Assembly (NCBI GenBank): GCA_030531425.1
Contig: JAUNNO010000001.1
Coordinates: 1 to 57,681 of the forward strand
DNA: 57,681 nt
Direction of reading: 5' to 3'
Origin: a bacterium
GTDB taxonomy: Bacteria; Bacillota_I; Bacilli_A; RF39; UBA660
Positions 16,857 through 25,809 of this stretch are shown here, one piece after another. The notes under the pieces were generated by a model. It made no database searches, was not told the DNA's origin, and was given only the letters and a program-made list of their open reading frames with translations. A program made the position numbers and the translations under genes. Numbering within the stretch: position 1 is the stretch's first letter; the number at the start of each line of letters is the position of its first letter.

Positions 16857-17882
16857 TCACACTAACTCAAGATTTTTCTTTTCACTTTCAATTACATTGA
16901 TAAATTCTTCTTCAGTAGGAATAGTTAATCTAAATTCAGATGAGAATATAGTTTGATTATCTTCTGGTAATGTATATTTAACTATTGTTTCATTTTTATC
17001 AGTAGAAAGTAAGATACCAATTGTTTTATTTTCTTTATTATCCTTAATTTCTCTATCATAGTAATTTACATACATTTGCATTTGTCCAATATCTTTATGT
17101 GTAACTTTACCTATTTTTAAATCAATTATCACAAAACATTTAAGAATTCTATTATAAAATACTAAATCTGGATAATAGTGTTCTGTATCTAATGTTATTC
17201 TAACTTGATTACCAACATATGTAAAACCCTTACCTAATTCTAATAAGAATTCTTTTAAATGATTCAAAATATTCTTTTCTAAATCGGATTCTAAATAATT
17301 TGTATTTTCTTTAATATCTAAGAACTCAAGTACAAATGGATCTTTTATTATATCTTTTGGCTCACTTAACTTATGACCTACAGTTGATAATTCAAATACT
17401 TTATTTTTATCTTTAGATGCTAATAATCGTTCATATAACAAAGTAGTTCTTTGTCTTTGTAGTTCTCTTACATCCCAATTTGAATTAATACATTCATGCA
17501 TATAAAAATTTCTTTTATTAACATCATCTATTTTTATTAATTCTAAATAATGTGACCATGTCAATTGGGACAACAGTGTTGTCCTATTTGAATAACATAA
17601 ATAAAACTTTCTCATTCTTTTTATATTTCTGTTTGAAAAACCTTTACCAAATTCTAATGATAATTTATCAGATACACGTTCAATAAGATAATCTCCGTAT
17701 TTAGCTTTAGGGTTTCCTTCTTGCATATCTACAATCATCTTACCAATGTTCCAATATAAATTGATCATTTCGGTATTTACTGTTTTATATACTCTATTTC
17801 TACTTTCTTCAACTAATAATTTTATATCATTATATAAATTATCAACCTTAGTATTATCTATTATTATAATTTCTTGTTTCAT
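16857..17882 (-). CDS. DUF1016/YhcG-type PD-(D/E)xK nuclease family protein
   Basis: 341 aa with LTWSHYLELIKIDD.. and PDLVFYN..FVIIDLKIGK. This is the typical YhcG layout. Confidence 0.8.
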   Translation of the reverse strand: MKQEIIIIDNTKVDNLYNDIKLLVEESRNRVYKTVNTEMINLYWNIGKMIVDMQEGNPKAKYGDYLIERVSDKLSLEFGKGFSNRNIKRMRKFYLCYSNRTTLLSQLTWSHYLELIKIDDVNKRNFYMHECINSNWDVRELQRQRTTLLYERLLASKDKNKVFELSTVGHKLSEPKDIIKDPFVLEFLDIKENTNYLESDLEKNILNHLKEFLLELGKGFTYVGNQVRITLDTEHYYPDLVFYNRILKCFVIIDLKIGKVTHKDIGQMQMYVNYYDREIKDNKENKTIGILLSTDKNETIVKYTLPEDNQTIFSSEFRLTIPTEEEFINVIESEKKNLELV

Positions 17883-17895
17883 ATCATACTCCTTC

Positions 17896-18130
17896 CTATG
17901 GCGGGCACGATCTAATCTTATATCCTTTTTTATTTAATTCAATTTTAAAACATCAATCTAAATCTATCCTATAAATTTTACTATTTCTTAGTGTTTCCAG
18001 CACTTCACCTTTTGGATGACCATATCTATTATTTTTACCAACTCATATTATCTAATATATCTATTTCTTTAAAAAGTTCACTACATCATTTTTCACTTAA
18101 TTCTTATCTTCTAACTTTAGATAAATATTT
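17896..18130 (-). repeat. ComEC/Rec2-type 3' gene-tail remnant, copy 3 (one internal stop)
   Basis: Translates to VGKNNRYGHPKGEVLETLRNSKIYRIDLD*CFKIELNKKGYKIRSCPP then TAG. Further decayed ..LEDKN*VKNDVV.. lies upstream. By eye it matches copy 2 at roughly four of every five bases. Confidence 0.7.
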
Positions 18131-18258
18131 TATTCATTTGATTTATATTTCCTATATATATCATATTTAAAATTTGTAATCAAAAATAAATTTTTTAGTT
18201 TTTGCACATTATTTTTTAATGTAATTATTTAAAATATATAAAAAAACAATTATTGTAC

Positions 18259-18294
18259 AAAAAAAAAGGTACTAAATATTAATTTTAGTATCTT
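18259..18294 (-). terminator. Rho-independent terminator of polC
   Basis: Minus strand AAGATACTAAA-ATTAATA-TTTAGTACCTT followed by TTTTTTTG. It starts immediately after the stop codon. Confidence 0.7.
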
Positions 18295-21200
18295 TTAATC
18301 AAATAGACTTAATTGGTTTGATTCACTCATTCCATCAAATATACCCATTAATTTCATTTTATCTATTAATGTTCCTGAGATTTTAGATCTATGCTGCACT
18401 TCTTCTATACTTAAAAAAACTCTTTTTTCTCTTTCTTCTACTATATTTTTAGCAACAGTATCACCAAGGCCATCAATGCTTGCAAATGGTGGTATTATTG
18501 ATTTATCATCTTTAACCCCCCACGTTGTTGCATTACTATTATTAAGATCTACATTCAAAAATTTTATACCACGGGCTGATGCTTCTAGGCAAACTTTTAA
18601 ACTTTCTAGTTGACCCATTTCTTTATTTGTAGCTTCATATCCTTTATTTTGAATTTCTATAATTTTTGATTTTATCGCATCATAACCTTTTATCATAACT
18701 TCTACATCTACATCTGTAGCTTTAGAAGTAAGCCAAGATGCATAAAAATATACAGGCATATGTACTTTATACCAAGCTATTCTAAAGGCACTTATTACGT
18801 ATGCAGCAGCATGAGCTTTGGGAAACATATACTTAATTTTTCCACAAGAATCTATAAACCATTTTTCAATTCCAGCACTCTCCATCGTTTCTTTATGCTT
18901 AGCCCAAGTCTCTGGATCTTTAGAAGCTTTTCCTTTACGAACAAATTCCATTATTTTAAATGCTTTTATAGGTTCAACACCATGATACATAAGATACACC
19001 ATTATATCATCACGACACCCTATAACATCTTTAAATGGGACTACATTATTCCTAATTAAATCTTGTGCATTTCCAAGCCATACATCAGTTCCATGTGAAA
19101 GGCCTGAAATTTTAATAAGTTCTGCAAATGTTTTAGGTTTTGTATCTTCTACCATTCCAATAGTAAATGGCGTTCCAAATTCCGGTATTCCTAATGTCCC
19201 TGTTTTATTCATAATTTGATCTTCAGTAACACCTAGTACACTGACTCCAGTAAAAATACTCATAGTTTCTTTATCATCCATAGGTACTTTCAATATATCT
19301 GTTTTAGTTAAATCCTGTATCATTCGAAGCTGTGTTGGATCAGAATGGCCCAAAATATCTAGTTTAAGTAAATCTTGATCTATTGCATGATAATCAAAAT
19401 GAGTAGTTCTCCAAGCACTTGTAGGATCATCTGCTGGAAATTGAAAAGGTGTAAAATCAGATACTTCCATATAATCTGGTACTACTACTATTCCTCCTGG
19501 ATGTTGTCCTGTAGTTCTTTTAACTCCAGTACACCCCAATGCAAGACGTTCAATTTCTGCAGTACGCATAATTATATTTTTATCTTCACAATATCCTTTA
19601 ACAAAACCAAATGCAGTTTTATCTGCGACAGTACCAATAGTTCCAGCTCTATATACATTATCAACACCAAATAATACTTTTGTATATTCGTGTGCACTTG
19701 CTTGATTTAAATCTGAAAAATTAAGATCTATATCTGGTACCTTGTCAGCATTAAATCCTAAAAATGTCGCAAATGGCATATCTTGTCCATCTTTATACAT
19801 AGCTTCACCACAATTAGGACAGGTTTTGTCGGGTAGATCAAATCCACTAGAATAATCGGCACCTAATTCTTTTCCTGTTTCATCTTTAAATATACTGTGT
19901 TTACATTTTAAACATCTATAATGAGCTGGAAGTGGATTAACCTCTGTTATACCCATCATAGTAGCTACGAAACTTGATCCAACAGAACCACGTGAACCTA
20001 CTAAATATCCATCATCATTAGAATGTTTAACAAGCCTTTGAGCTATTAAATATATTGGATCAAAGCCTCCACCTATAATACCTCCAAGTTCTTTTTTTAA
20101 TTTTTTCTCTAATGATTTATCATCAAGCTCTCCATCTTCTTCCTTCCAAGACTCTTTTATATATTTTTTTAACATATCTTTAACTTTCTCAAAACCTTCA
20201 AGAATAACACTATGAACCATATTAAATGTTTCTTTTTCTATTTCATCATCTGTAAAGTTAGGATTATCTTTCACTACAAACTCATTACAGCACTTGTAAA
20301 CTATGTCTCCATATAATTCTTTAGCAATTCTCTCTTCAATATTATATGGCAAAATCTCACCATACCAATCACTTGCTTTTTCATATACTAAATCTGTAAC
20401 AGCTCTAGGACAATCCAGGTAAGAAGTGCCATCATCACTTTTAACTCTTGGTGAAAATGGAATGCCGCCTGTATCTATTATTACTTCAATCTCTTCTACC
20501 ATATCAAGTACTTTATTTGTATTTGTAACTACTATCTCATATGATAAATCATCACCTAAGAAACTAAAATCATCTAACATTTCACGAGTTGTACGAAAGT
20601 GTTGTGATGGAATAGATGTTATTTCCTTTTTAGCAAGTGGATGCCTTCCTCCACCAGGTACTTTTTGATTTACTATAATTTCTCTATAAATTTTATCTTC
20701 TCTTTTAAAATGATGCACATCACCTGTAGCTACTATAATTTTTCCTGCATCAATAGTTGCATCTACTATTTTTCTTATATGTGATTGTAATTCTACTTCA
20801 TCTTTAAAATCCCCAGTTTGAATTAAATGGCCATAAACTTCAGGGCTTTGAACTTCTACATAATCATAAAAATTTATTATATTAGTAAGCTCTTGTCCTT
20901 CTTTACTGCGTGACTCTATAAATACTTCAGACTCATAACAACCACTACCTATAATTAACCCTTCTCTTAATTCTTCTAATTTACTTCTTAGTATTCTAGG
21001 AGTTTTATATAGATATACTGTATTAGCTAAAGAAATTATTTTAAACAAATTTTTTAATCCAGTTTTATTTAATGCGATAGCATTAAAGTGATATGTTCTA
21101 CCAAATTTATGTATTTCATCTTTACTAATTAATTTTAATAAATCATTTATCGTTTTGTAATTTTGAGATTTTAATTTTTGAAGCATTTTATGAAATACAA

Positions 21201-22953
21201 GTGCAGTACCTTCTGCGTCGTAATCCGCTCTGTGATGAGCATCTTCATCCCAAGGTACATTATATCTTTTTACCAAAGCAGATAGACTATGTCTTGCAAA
21301 TCCTTGATCTAGCGCTCTTGATAATTCTAGTGTATCTATTACTGTATTTTTAAATTCACCTAAATTATATTTTTTCATAGCCATTTCTATAAAAGAAATA
21401 TCAAATTTAGCATTATGCGCAACCATTGGTAAACTTGAAGTCCACTCTAAAAAACTTTTTGTAACTTCTTCTTCAGACCTTTTTCCTTTAAGCATATCAT
21501 CTGTTATACAAGTAAGTTCTGTAATTTTTTGAGGTAATGGACGGTTTGGATCTATTAATTCATCAAATCTATCAATAATTTCTCCATTTTTAATTTTTAC
21601 TGCACCAATTTCAATCATTTGATCGACGCCACCAGCATTAAATCCAGTTGTTTCTGTATCAAATACTACATAACAAGAATCTAATAAATTCAAATCAGTT
21701 GGCCTTACTACTATATTTACAGTATCATCTACAAGCGTAAGTTCTGTTCCATATAAACCTTTAAAACGCTCATTTTTTTCTTTGCCTTTATTATAAGAAT
21801 TAATTATACCATAAACAATGGGAAAAGCTTGACAACCATTATGATCGGTAACTGCAACTCCTCTATACCCCATTTCTATAGCGCGACTTACAAGTTCACA
21901 AGTATGTTTACCTAAATCAAGTTTTGTCACGCCATCCATCTGACTCATCATAGTATGTGCATGAAGTTCTACTCTTTTTACTGGAGCATCATCTATTAAT
22001 TTAACCTCTTCATGTTTACTTAAATTTATATCAATAATATTTAGTGAATCTTCATTTGAATACTTATCTTCTTTTATAGCTCCTCTAAATTTATACCAAG
22101 AACCAACTTTTAATAACTTAGATAATCTTTTAGTTTCTTCTTCACCACTAACAAATATTTTCGCATATATACTATCAGTTTTATCAGTTAACTTTAAAGT
22201 AAATATTCTAAGATCTGTTTTAGTTTCCCTTATATCTACACCAAATATGCAAGCATCCACTGTAACTTGTGGCATTTTACCTACAATAGTATCCATCCTG
22301 CTTATAGGAGTATCTATAACTCTTCCAAGTATTACTTCAGGATCATCTACAGTTTCTATTCTCTTCGGAGTATAATTTTTCTTCCAAGAAGGTTTATCTA
22401 TTTGTGTATCATCTTTTAATCTATTTAAATCCACAACTTGTGGTTTACTTTGTAATTCTTCATTTAATTTAGAAGACTGTTCTAAATCCATTAATATTTC
22501 TAATTTAATTTTATAACCTACTTTATTTAAAAAATCTTCTATTCTTACTTTATATTCATCTAATTTATTATATTCTGCCTCATTAGTAACATATATAATA
22601 ATACTATTATCTTTTATATCCAATTTATTATCTAAAAACATTTTAAGCATATAACTTTCTTCACTTAATTTTGATATTATATGTTTAAAATAATCTTCTA
22701 AATAATTTAAATTTACATCTACAACATTTAATACTAAACCTACATTTTCTATATCATTAAATGCACTTTTTATACTAGATTCTAATTCTATATAATATTC
22801 TAATTTAATATTAGAATTAAAAGTAATATAAAAACAGTAATTAGTTTTATCTTTAGAACATATTATTTTATCTAATTTTGCAGAAGATAAAATACTCCTG
22901 CATTCACCACTTACCTTTATTTTATTAATTAATATATTAATTTTAGAATCCAT
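18295..22953 (-). CDS. polC: DNA polymerase III alpha subunit, PolC type
   Basis: 1552 aa with PHP motif HAHTMMSQMDG, 3'-5' exonuclease VVFDTETTG, the Cys4 zinc module CLKCKH..CPNCG, and the Pol III core. Confidence 0.97.
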   Translation of the reverse strand: MDSKINILINKIKVSGECRSILSSAKLDKIICSKDKTNYCFYITFNSNIKLEYYIELESSIKSAFNDIENVGLVLNVVDVNLNYLEDYFKHIISKLSEESYMLKMFLDNKLDIKDNSIIIYVTNEAEYNKLDEYKVRIEDFLNKVGYKIKLEILMDLEQSSKLNEELQSKPQVVDLNRLKDDTQIDKPSWKKNYTPKRIETVDDPEVILGRVIDTPISRMDTIVGKMPQVTVDACIFGVDIRETKTDLRIFTLKLTDKTDSIYAKIFVSGEEETKRLSKLLKVGSWYKFRGAIKEDKYSNEDSLNIIDINLSKHEEVKLIDDAPVKRVELHAHTMMSQMDGVTKLDLGKHTCELVSRAIEMGYRGVAVTDHNGCQAFPIVYGIINSYNKGKEKNERFKGLYGTELTLVDDTVNIVVRPTDLNLLDSCYVVFDTETTGFNAGGVDQMIEIGAVKIKNGEIIDRFDELIDPNRPLPQKITELTCITDDMLKGKRSEEEVTKSFLEWTSSLPMVAHNAKFDISFIEMAMKKYNLGEFKNTVIDTLELSRALDQGFARHSLSALVKRYNVPWDEDAHHRADYDAEGTALVFHKMLQKLKSQNYKTINDLLKLISKDEIHKFGRTYHFNAIALNKTGLKNLFKIISLANTVYLYKTPRILRSKLEELREGLIIGSGCYESEVFIESRSKEGQELTNIINFYDYVEVQSPEVYGHLIQTGDFKDEVELQSHIRKIVDATIDAGKIIVATGDVHHFKREDKIYREIIVNQKVPGGGRHPLAKKEITSIPSQHFRTTREMLDDFSFLGDDLSYEIVVTNTNKVLDMVEEIEVIIDTGGIPFSPRVKSDDGTSYLDCPRAVTDLVYEKASDWYGEILPYNIEERIAKELYGDIVYKCCNEFVVKDNPNFTDDEIEKETFNMVHSVILEGFEKVKDMLKKYIKESWKEEDGELDDKSLEKKLKKELGGIIGGGFDPIYLIAQRLVKHSNDDGYLVGSRGSVGSSFVATMMGITEVNPLPAHYRCLKCKHSIFKDETGKELGADYSSGFDLPDKTCPNCGEAMYKDGQDMPFATFLGFNADKVPDIDLNFSDLNQASAHEYTKVLFGVDNVYRAGTIGTVADKTAFGFVKGYCEDKNIIMRTAEIERLALGCTGVKRTTGQHPGGIVVVPDYMEVSDFTPFQFPADDPTSAWRTTHFDYHAIDQDLLKLDILGHSDPTQLRMIQDLTKTDILKVPMDDKETMSIFTGVSVLGVTEDQIMNKTGTLGIPEFGTPFTIGMVEDTKPKTFAELIKISGLSHGTDVWLGNAQDLIRNNVVPFKDVIGCRDDIMVYLMYHGVEPIKAFKIMEFVRKGKASKDPETWAKHKETMESAGIEKWFIDSCGKIKYMFPKAHAAAYVISAFRIAWYKVHMPVYFYASWLTSKATDVDVEVMIKGYDAIKSKIIEIQNKGYEATNKEMGQLESLKVCLEASARGIKFLNVDLNNSNATTWGVKDDKSIIPPFASIDGLGDTVAKNIVEEREKRVFLSIEEVQHRSKISGTLIDKMKLMGIFDGMSESNQLSLFD

Positions 22954-22995
22954 ACTACCACCACTAATATTGTATCAAAAATAAAAACTAAATTA

Positions 22996-23028
22996 AACAA
23001 AAAAAATAGAATTTTAAACAATTCTATT
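22996..23028 (-). terminator. Rho-independent terminator of the 302-aa prepilin-type gene
   Basis: Minus strand AATAGAATT-GTTTAA-AATTCTATT followed by TTTTTTGTTT. The TAG stop lies inside the stem. Confidence 0.65.
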
Positions 23029-23932
23029 TTAAAGATCCAGCTATAAAATCTCCAGAACCTTGATTTTCATAAAATTTACCTTCTACTAAATCATACATTC
23101 CTACCTCATTATCAACTTTACGATAACAAGGAATAAAATTTCTTAGTAATTTGCCTGTTTTGTAAATTTTAAAAGTATACCAATCTATAGTCCTTGACCA
23201 AGAATTATCTGCCCAAGATCCAAATGCTATATAATTATTTGAATCCGTTTCATAACTAATAGATACATCTTTTACATTACCATCAGTTGCTTCAGATCTA
23301 GTAATCGTATTTGGAGTTACTAAATAACTAGACAAGCCTTGCATATTCCAATTGGATGAAATAGATATATAAGGTTTATTATTTGTTGTAATAGTAGTTG
23401 ATATTGTAGAAGCTACAAACATAATATAAGATTGATTATCGGTAGATTTATATTCAAATTCAATTTTATCTGAATCTTTGAATTGAATTAACGTCCCTAT
23501 GTGATTAATATAACCACTTGTAGCATCATTTTTAATAGTTATGTATTCTAATTCTTGATACTCTTTTGGTAAATGTGTATCAATATACTCGCAATCGAGA
23601 GTTTTATCAGTTAATACTTTAAAATACAAATGATCTGAATTAATACTGTTATTAGTTTTAGGATTAATAATATCACTACTTACATTACCATATTCTATTA
23701 GTGTATTTATATTTATAATAAAACTGCTATCTGGAGTACCTAAATCATAATCAGATATATTAGCATATATATAAGATTTACCAGCTAGACATAGATCTTC
23801 TACCATAGAATTATATTTGTTATCATTTTCCTTTTTAGTAACACCTGTAAGCATTGGAAAACTAACTAAAACTATAGTAGCTAAAATTAATATAATGCCT
23901 ATTAACTCAATTAAAGTAAAACCCTTACTCAT
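23024..23932 (-). CDS. prepilin-type N-terminal cleavage/methylation domain protein with large C-terminal domain
   Basis: 302 aa. MSKG|FTLIELIGIILILATIV.. is a class III signal peptide with Glu at +5. The C-terminal tail is ..IPCYRKVDNEVGMYDLVEGKFYENQGSGDFIAG. Confidence 0.85.
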   Translation of the reverse strand: MSKGFTLIELIGIILILATIVLVSFPMLTGVTKKENDNKYNSMVEDLCLAGKSYIYANISDYDLGTPDSSFIININTLIEYGNVSSDIINPKTNNSINSDHLYFKVLTDKTLDCEYIDTHLPKEYQELEYITIKNDATSGYINHIGTLIQFKDSDKIEFEYKSTDNQSYIMFVASTISTTITTNNKPYISISSNWNMQGLSSYLVTPNTITRSEATDGNVKDVSISYETDSNNYIAFGSWADNSWSRTIDWYTFKIYKTGKLLRNFIPCYRKVDNEVGMYDLVEGKFYENQGSGDFIAGSLK

Positions 23933-23948
23933 ACCATCACCTATTATA

Positions 23949-23977
23949 ATTATAAAGTATATTAAATAATTTTACAA
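23949..23977 (-). promoter_or_regulatory. sigma-A type promoter of the 302-aa prepilin-type gene
   Basis: Minus strand reads TTGTAA - 17 nt - TATAAT, then the AGGTGA RBS. Confidence 0.55.
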
Positions 23978-23993
23978 TATTATAATTATATTA

Positions 23994-24030
23994 TAAAAAA
24001 ATTGGTAGATATTTTTATTATATCACCAAT
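23994..24030 (-). terminator. Rho-independent terminator of the rbgA-sigH block
   Basis: Minus strand ATTGGTGATAT-AATAAAA-ATATCTACCAAT (one bulge) followed by TTTTTTATAA. Confidence 0.5.
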
Positions 24031-24139
24031 TTACTTTTAAAAATTTTATTGTAACATTATATTTTATCAAATGGATTCCTTCATTTAGTCTTCTACTCTT
24101 TTTTGATAAATCATTAAAAATGATTTGCTTTTTTACATA

Positions 24140-24733
24140 TTATTTTAGTATATCTTTTATTTTACCTTTTATTCTTTGAATAGCATTATCTATAGATTTA
24201 TCATCTTTTTCTAACATAGATGCTATTTCTTTATATTTAAACCCTACTATCAAAAGTTCAAATACTTGATTTTCTAATTTTGTAAGTTTTTCTTTTATTT
24301 TGTTTAATAAATTTTCTTCTATTTCAATATTTATAATTTCTTCTTCTGGACTAGGAGATTTTGATTTTATAAATTTAATTAATAAGTTTTCATCATCATC
24401 ATAAGATATAGATTCATTTAATATTTTATTTTTATCTCTATTAGAAGAAATTATAACACTAAGTATTTTTCTTTCTATACATTTTTGTGCATAAGTATAG
24501 AATAATACATTTTCTATTTCCTGATATCTATCAATAGCATGATTTAATCCTATCATTCCTTCTTGTATTAAATCGCTTAAATCTAGACCATTGTTTTTAC
24601 AATTTGGATACATTCTAGAGGCTATTTTTACTATTAATGGTTCATATTTTTTTATTAATATATTATTAGCGTCTTCATTACCTTCTTTTATATAACTTAA
24701 AAGTTCATAATCATTGTAATCTTTATAATCCAT
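24140..24733 (-). CDS. sigH: RNA polymerase sigma factor SigH
   Basis: DLIQEGMIGL and KSIDNAIQRIKGKI match B. subtilis SigH, and the conserved mrnC-rlmB-sigH order is present. The start is set at MDYKDY because GAGGGGAG lies 5 nt upstream. The ORF-track start at 24763 overlaps rlmB. Confidence 0.85.
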   Translation of the reverse strand: MDYKDYNDYELLSYIKEGNEDANNILIKKYEPLIVKIASRMYPNCKNNGLDLSDLIQEGMIGLNHAIDRYQEIENVLFYTYAQKCIERKILSVIISSNRDKNKILNESISYDDDENLLIKFIKSKSPSPEEEIINIEIEENLLNKIKEKLTKLENQVFELLIVGFKYKEIASMLEKDDKSIDNAIQRIKGKIKDILK

Positions 24734-24734
24734 T

Positions 24735-25433
24735 TTACTCCCCTCTTTGAGTTGAGGCTTCAAATAATATTATTCCAGTAGCTACTGAAGCATTAAGACT
24801 ATTTACCTCACCTTTCATAGGTATACTAGCTATAAAATCACAATTTTCTCTAACTAGTTTACTCATTCCTTTCCCTTCATTACCACAAATTATACAAGAT
24901 TTTCCAGTATAATTCAACTCTTTATAAAAAGCACCATCCATATCTGTTCCAAATATCCAAAAACCATTTTCTTTTAATAATTTTATTGTATTATTTAAAT
25001 TTACAACTTTAGCTATTTTTACTTTTTCTGTAGTACCTACACTTGTTTTAATTACAGTTGGATTTACACTTGCTGATCTATCATTTGGTATAATTATCAA
25101 ATCTACTCCTGCGGCTTCTGAAGTTCTAATAATAGCACCAAAATTATGTGGATCTTCTATATGATCTAGCATAACTACTAAAGCAGAATCAAGATTTAAT
25201 ACATCATCAATACTATCATATTTATAATCTTCTACCTCTAATATTATTCCTTGATGCAATCCTTTGATTTTTTTATCCATATCAAACTTTGATAATCTAA
25301 TAATATTAATATTTTTCTTATTTAACAAATTTATTATATCTAAATCATTAAAATTATCTTGCATGAAAGCTTTATATATTTTTTCATTATTATCTAAATA
25401 CTCTTTTACTACATTTTTTCCATATACTAACAT
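24735..25433 (-). CDS. rlmB: TrmH-family 23S rRNA 2'-O-methyltransferase RlmB
   Basis: 232 aa SpoU/TrmH fold with DHIEDPHNFGAIIRT, GNEGKGM and SLNASVATGI. Confidence 0.9.
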   Translation of the reverse strand: MLVYGKNVVKEYLDNNEKIYKAFMQDNFNDLDIINLLNKKNINIIRLSKFDMDKKIKGLHQGIILEVEDYKYDSIDDVLNLDSALVVMLDHIEDPHNFGAIIRTSEAAGVDLIIIPNDRSASVNPTVIKTSVGTTEKVKIAKVVNLNNTIKLLKENGFWIFGTDMDGAFYKELNYTGKSCIICGNEGKGMSKLVRENCDFIASIPMKGEVNSLNASVATGIILFEASTQRGE

Positions 25434-25801
25434 ATTTTACCTCCAGTTATATAATCCATTATTTGTTTTATTTTCTCATAATCATTTTTATAATATAAAT
25501 AACCTATAAGCGCTTCTAGAGCGGTTGCATGTTTATAAGTTATTATATCAGTATTTTTAGGTTTATGATTATTTTTATGATTTCTTGCTTTTGTAACTAT
25601 ATCCAACTCATCTATATTTAACATATTATTATCAATTATTTGTTTTAAGAAGCTTGATTGAGCTTTTGCACTTACATATTTTATAGATTTTTCTTGTAAT
25701 TCTTTTACTTTACATATACCTTTTTCTATTAAATATAATCTTATGTATGTTTCATATATACTATCACCTAAATAAGCTAGCACAAGTACATTTTTATCCA
25801 T
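25427..25801 (-). CDS. mrnC: Mini-ribonuclease 3
   Basis: 124 aa with LAYLGDSIYE, and positioned upstream of rlmB. Confidence 0.85.
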   Translation of the reverse strand: MDKNVLVLAYLGDSIYETYIRLYLIEKGICKVKELQEKSIKYVSAKAQSSFLKQIIDNNMLNIDELDIVTKARNHKNNHKPKNTDIITYKHATALEALIGYLYYKNDYEKIKQIMDYITGGKIC

Positions 25802-25809
25802 ATTAACCT

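Noticed and set aside
18295-22953. PolC is about 100 aa longer than typical PolC proteins, so I considered an intein or inserted domain.
   Set aside because: I saw no intein splice-junction or homing-endonuclease motifs. The extra length appears spread over the N-terminal region and linkers.
24107-24130. Hairpin AAATCAT-TAAAA-ATGATTT followed by GCTTTTTT on the + strand, just after the sigH stop, considered as a terminator.
   Set aside because: It is oriented for the + strand, where no gene ends. On the minus strand it lacks a U run. The better sigH terminator is at 23994-24030.
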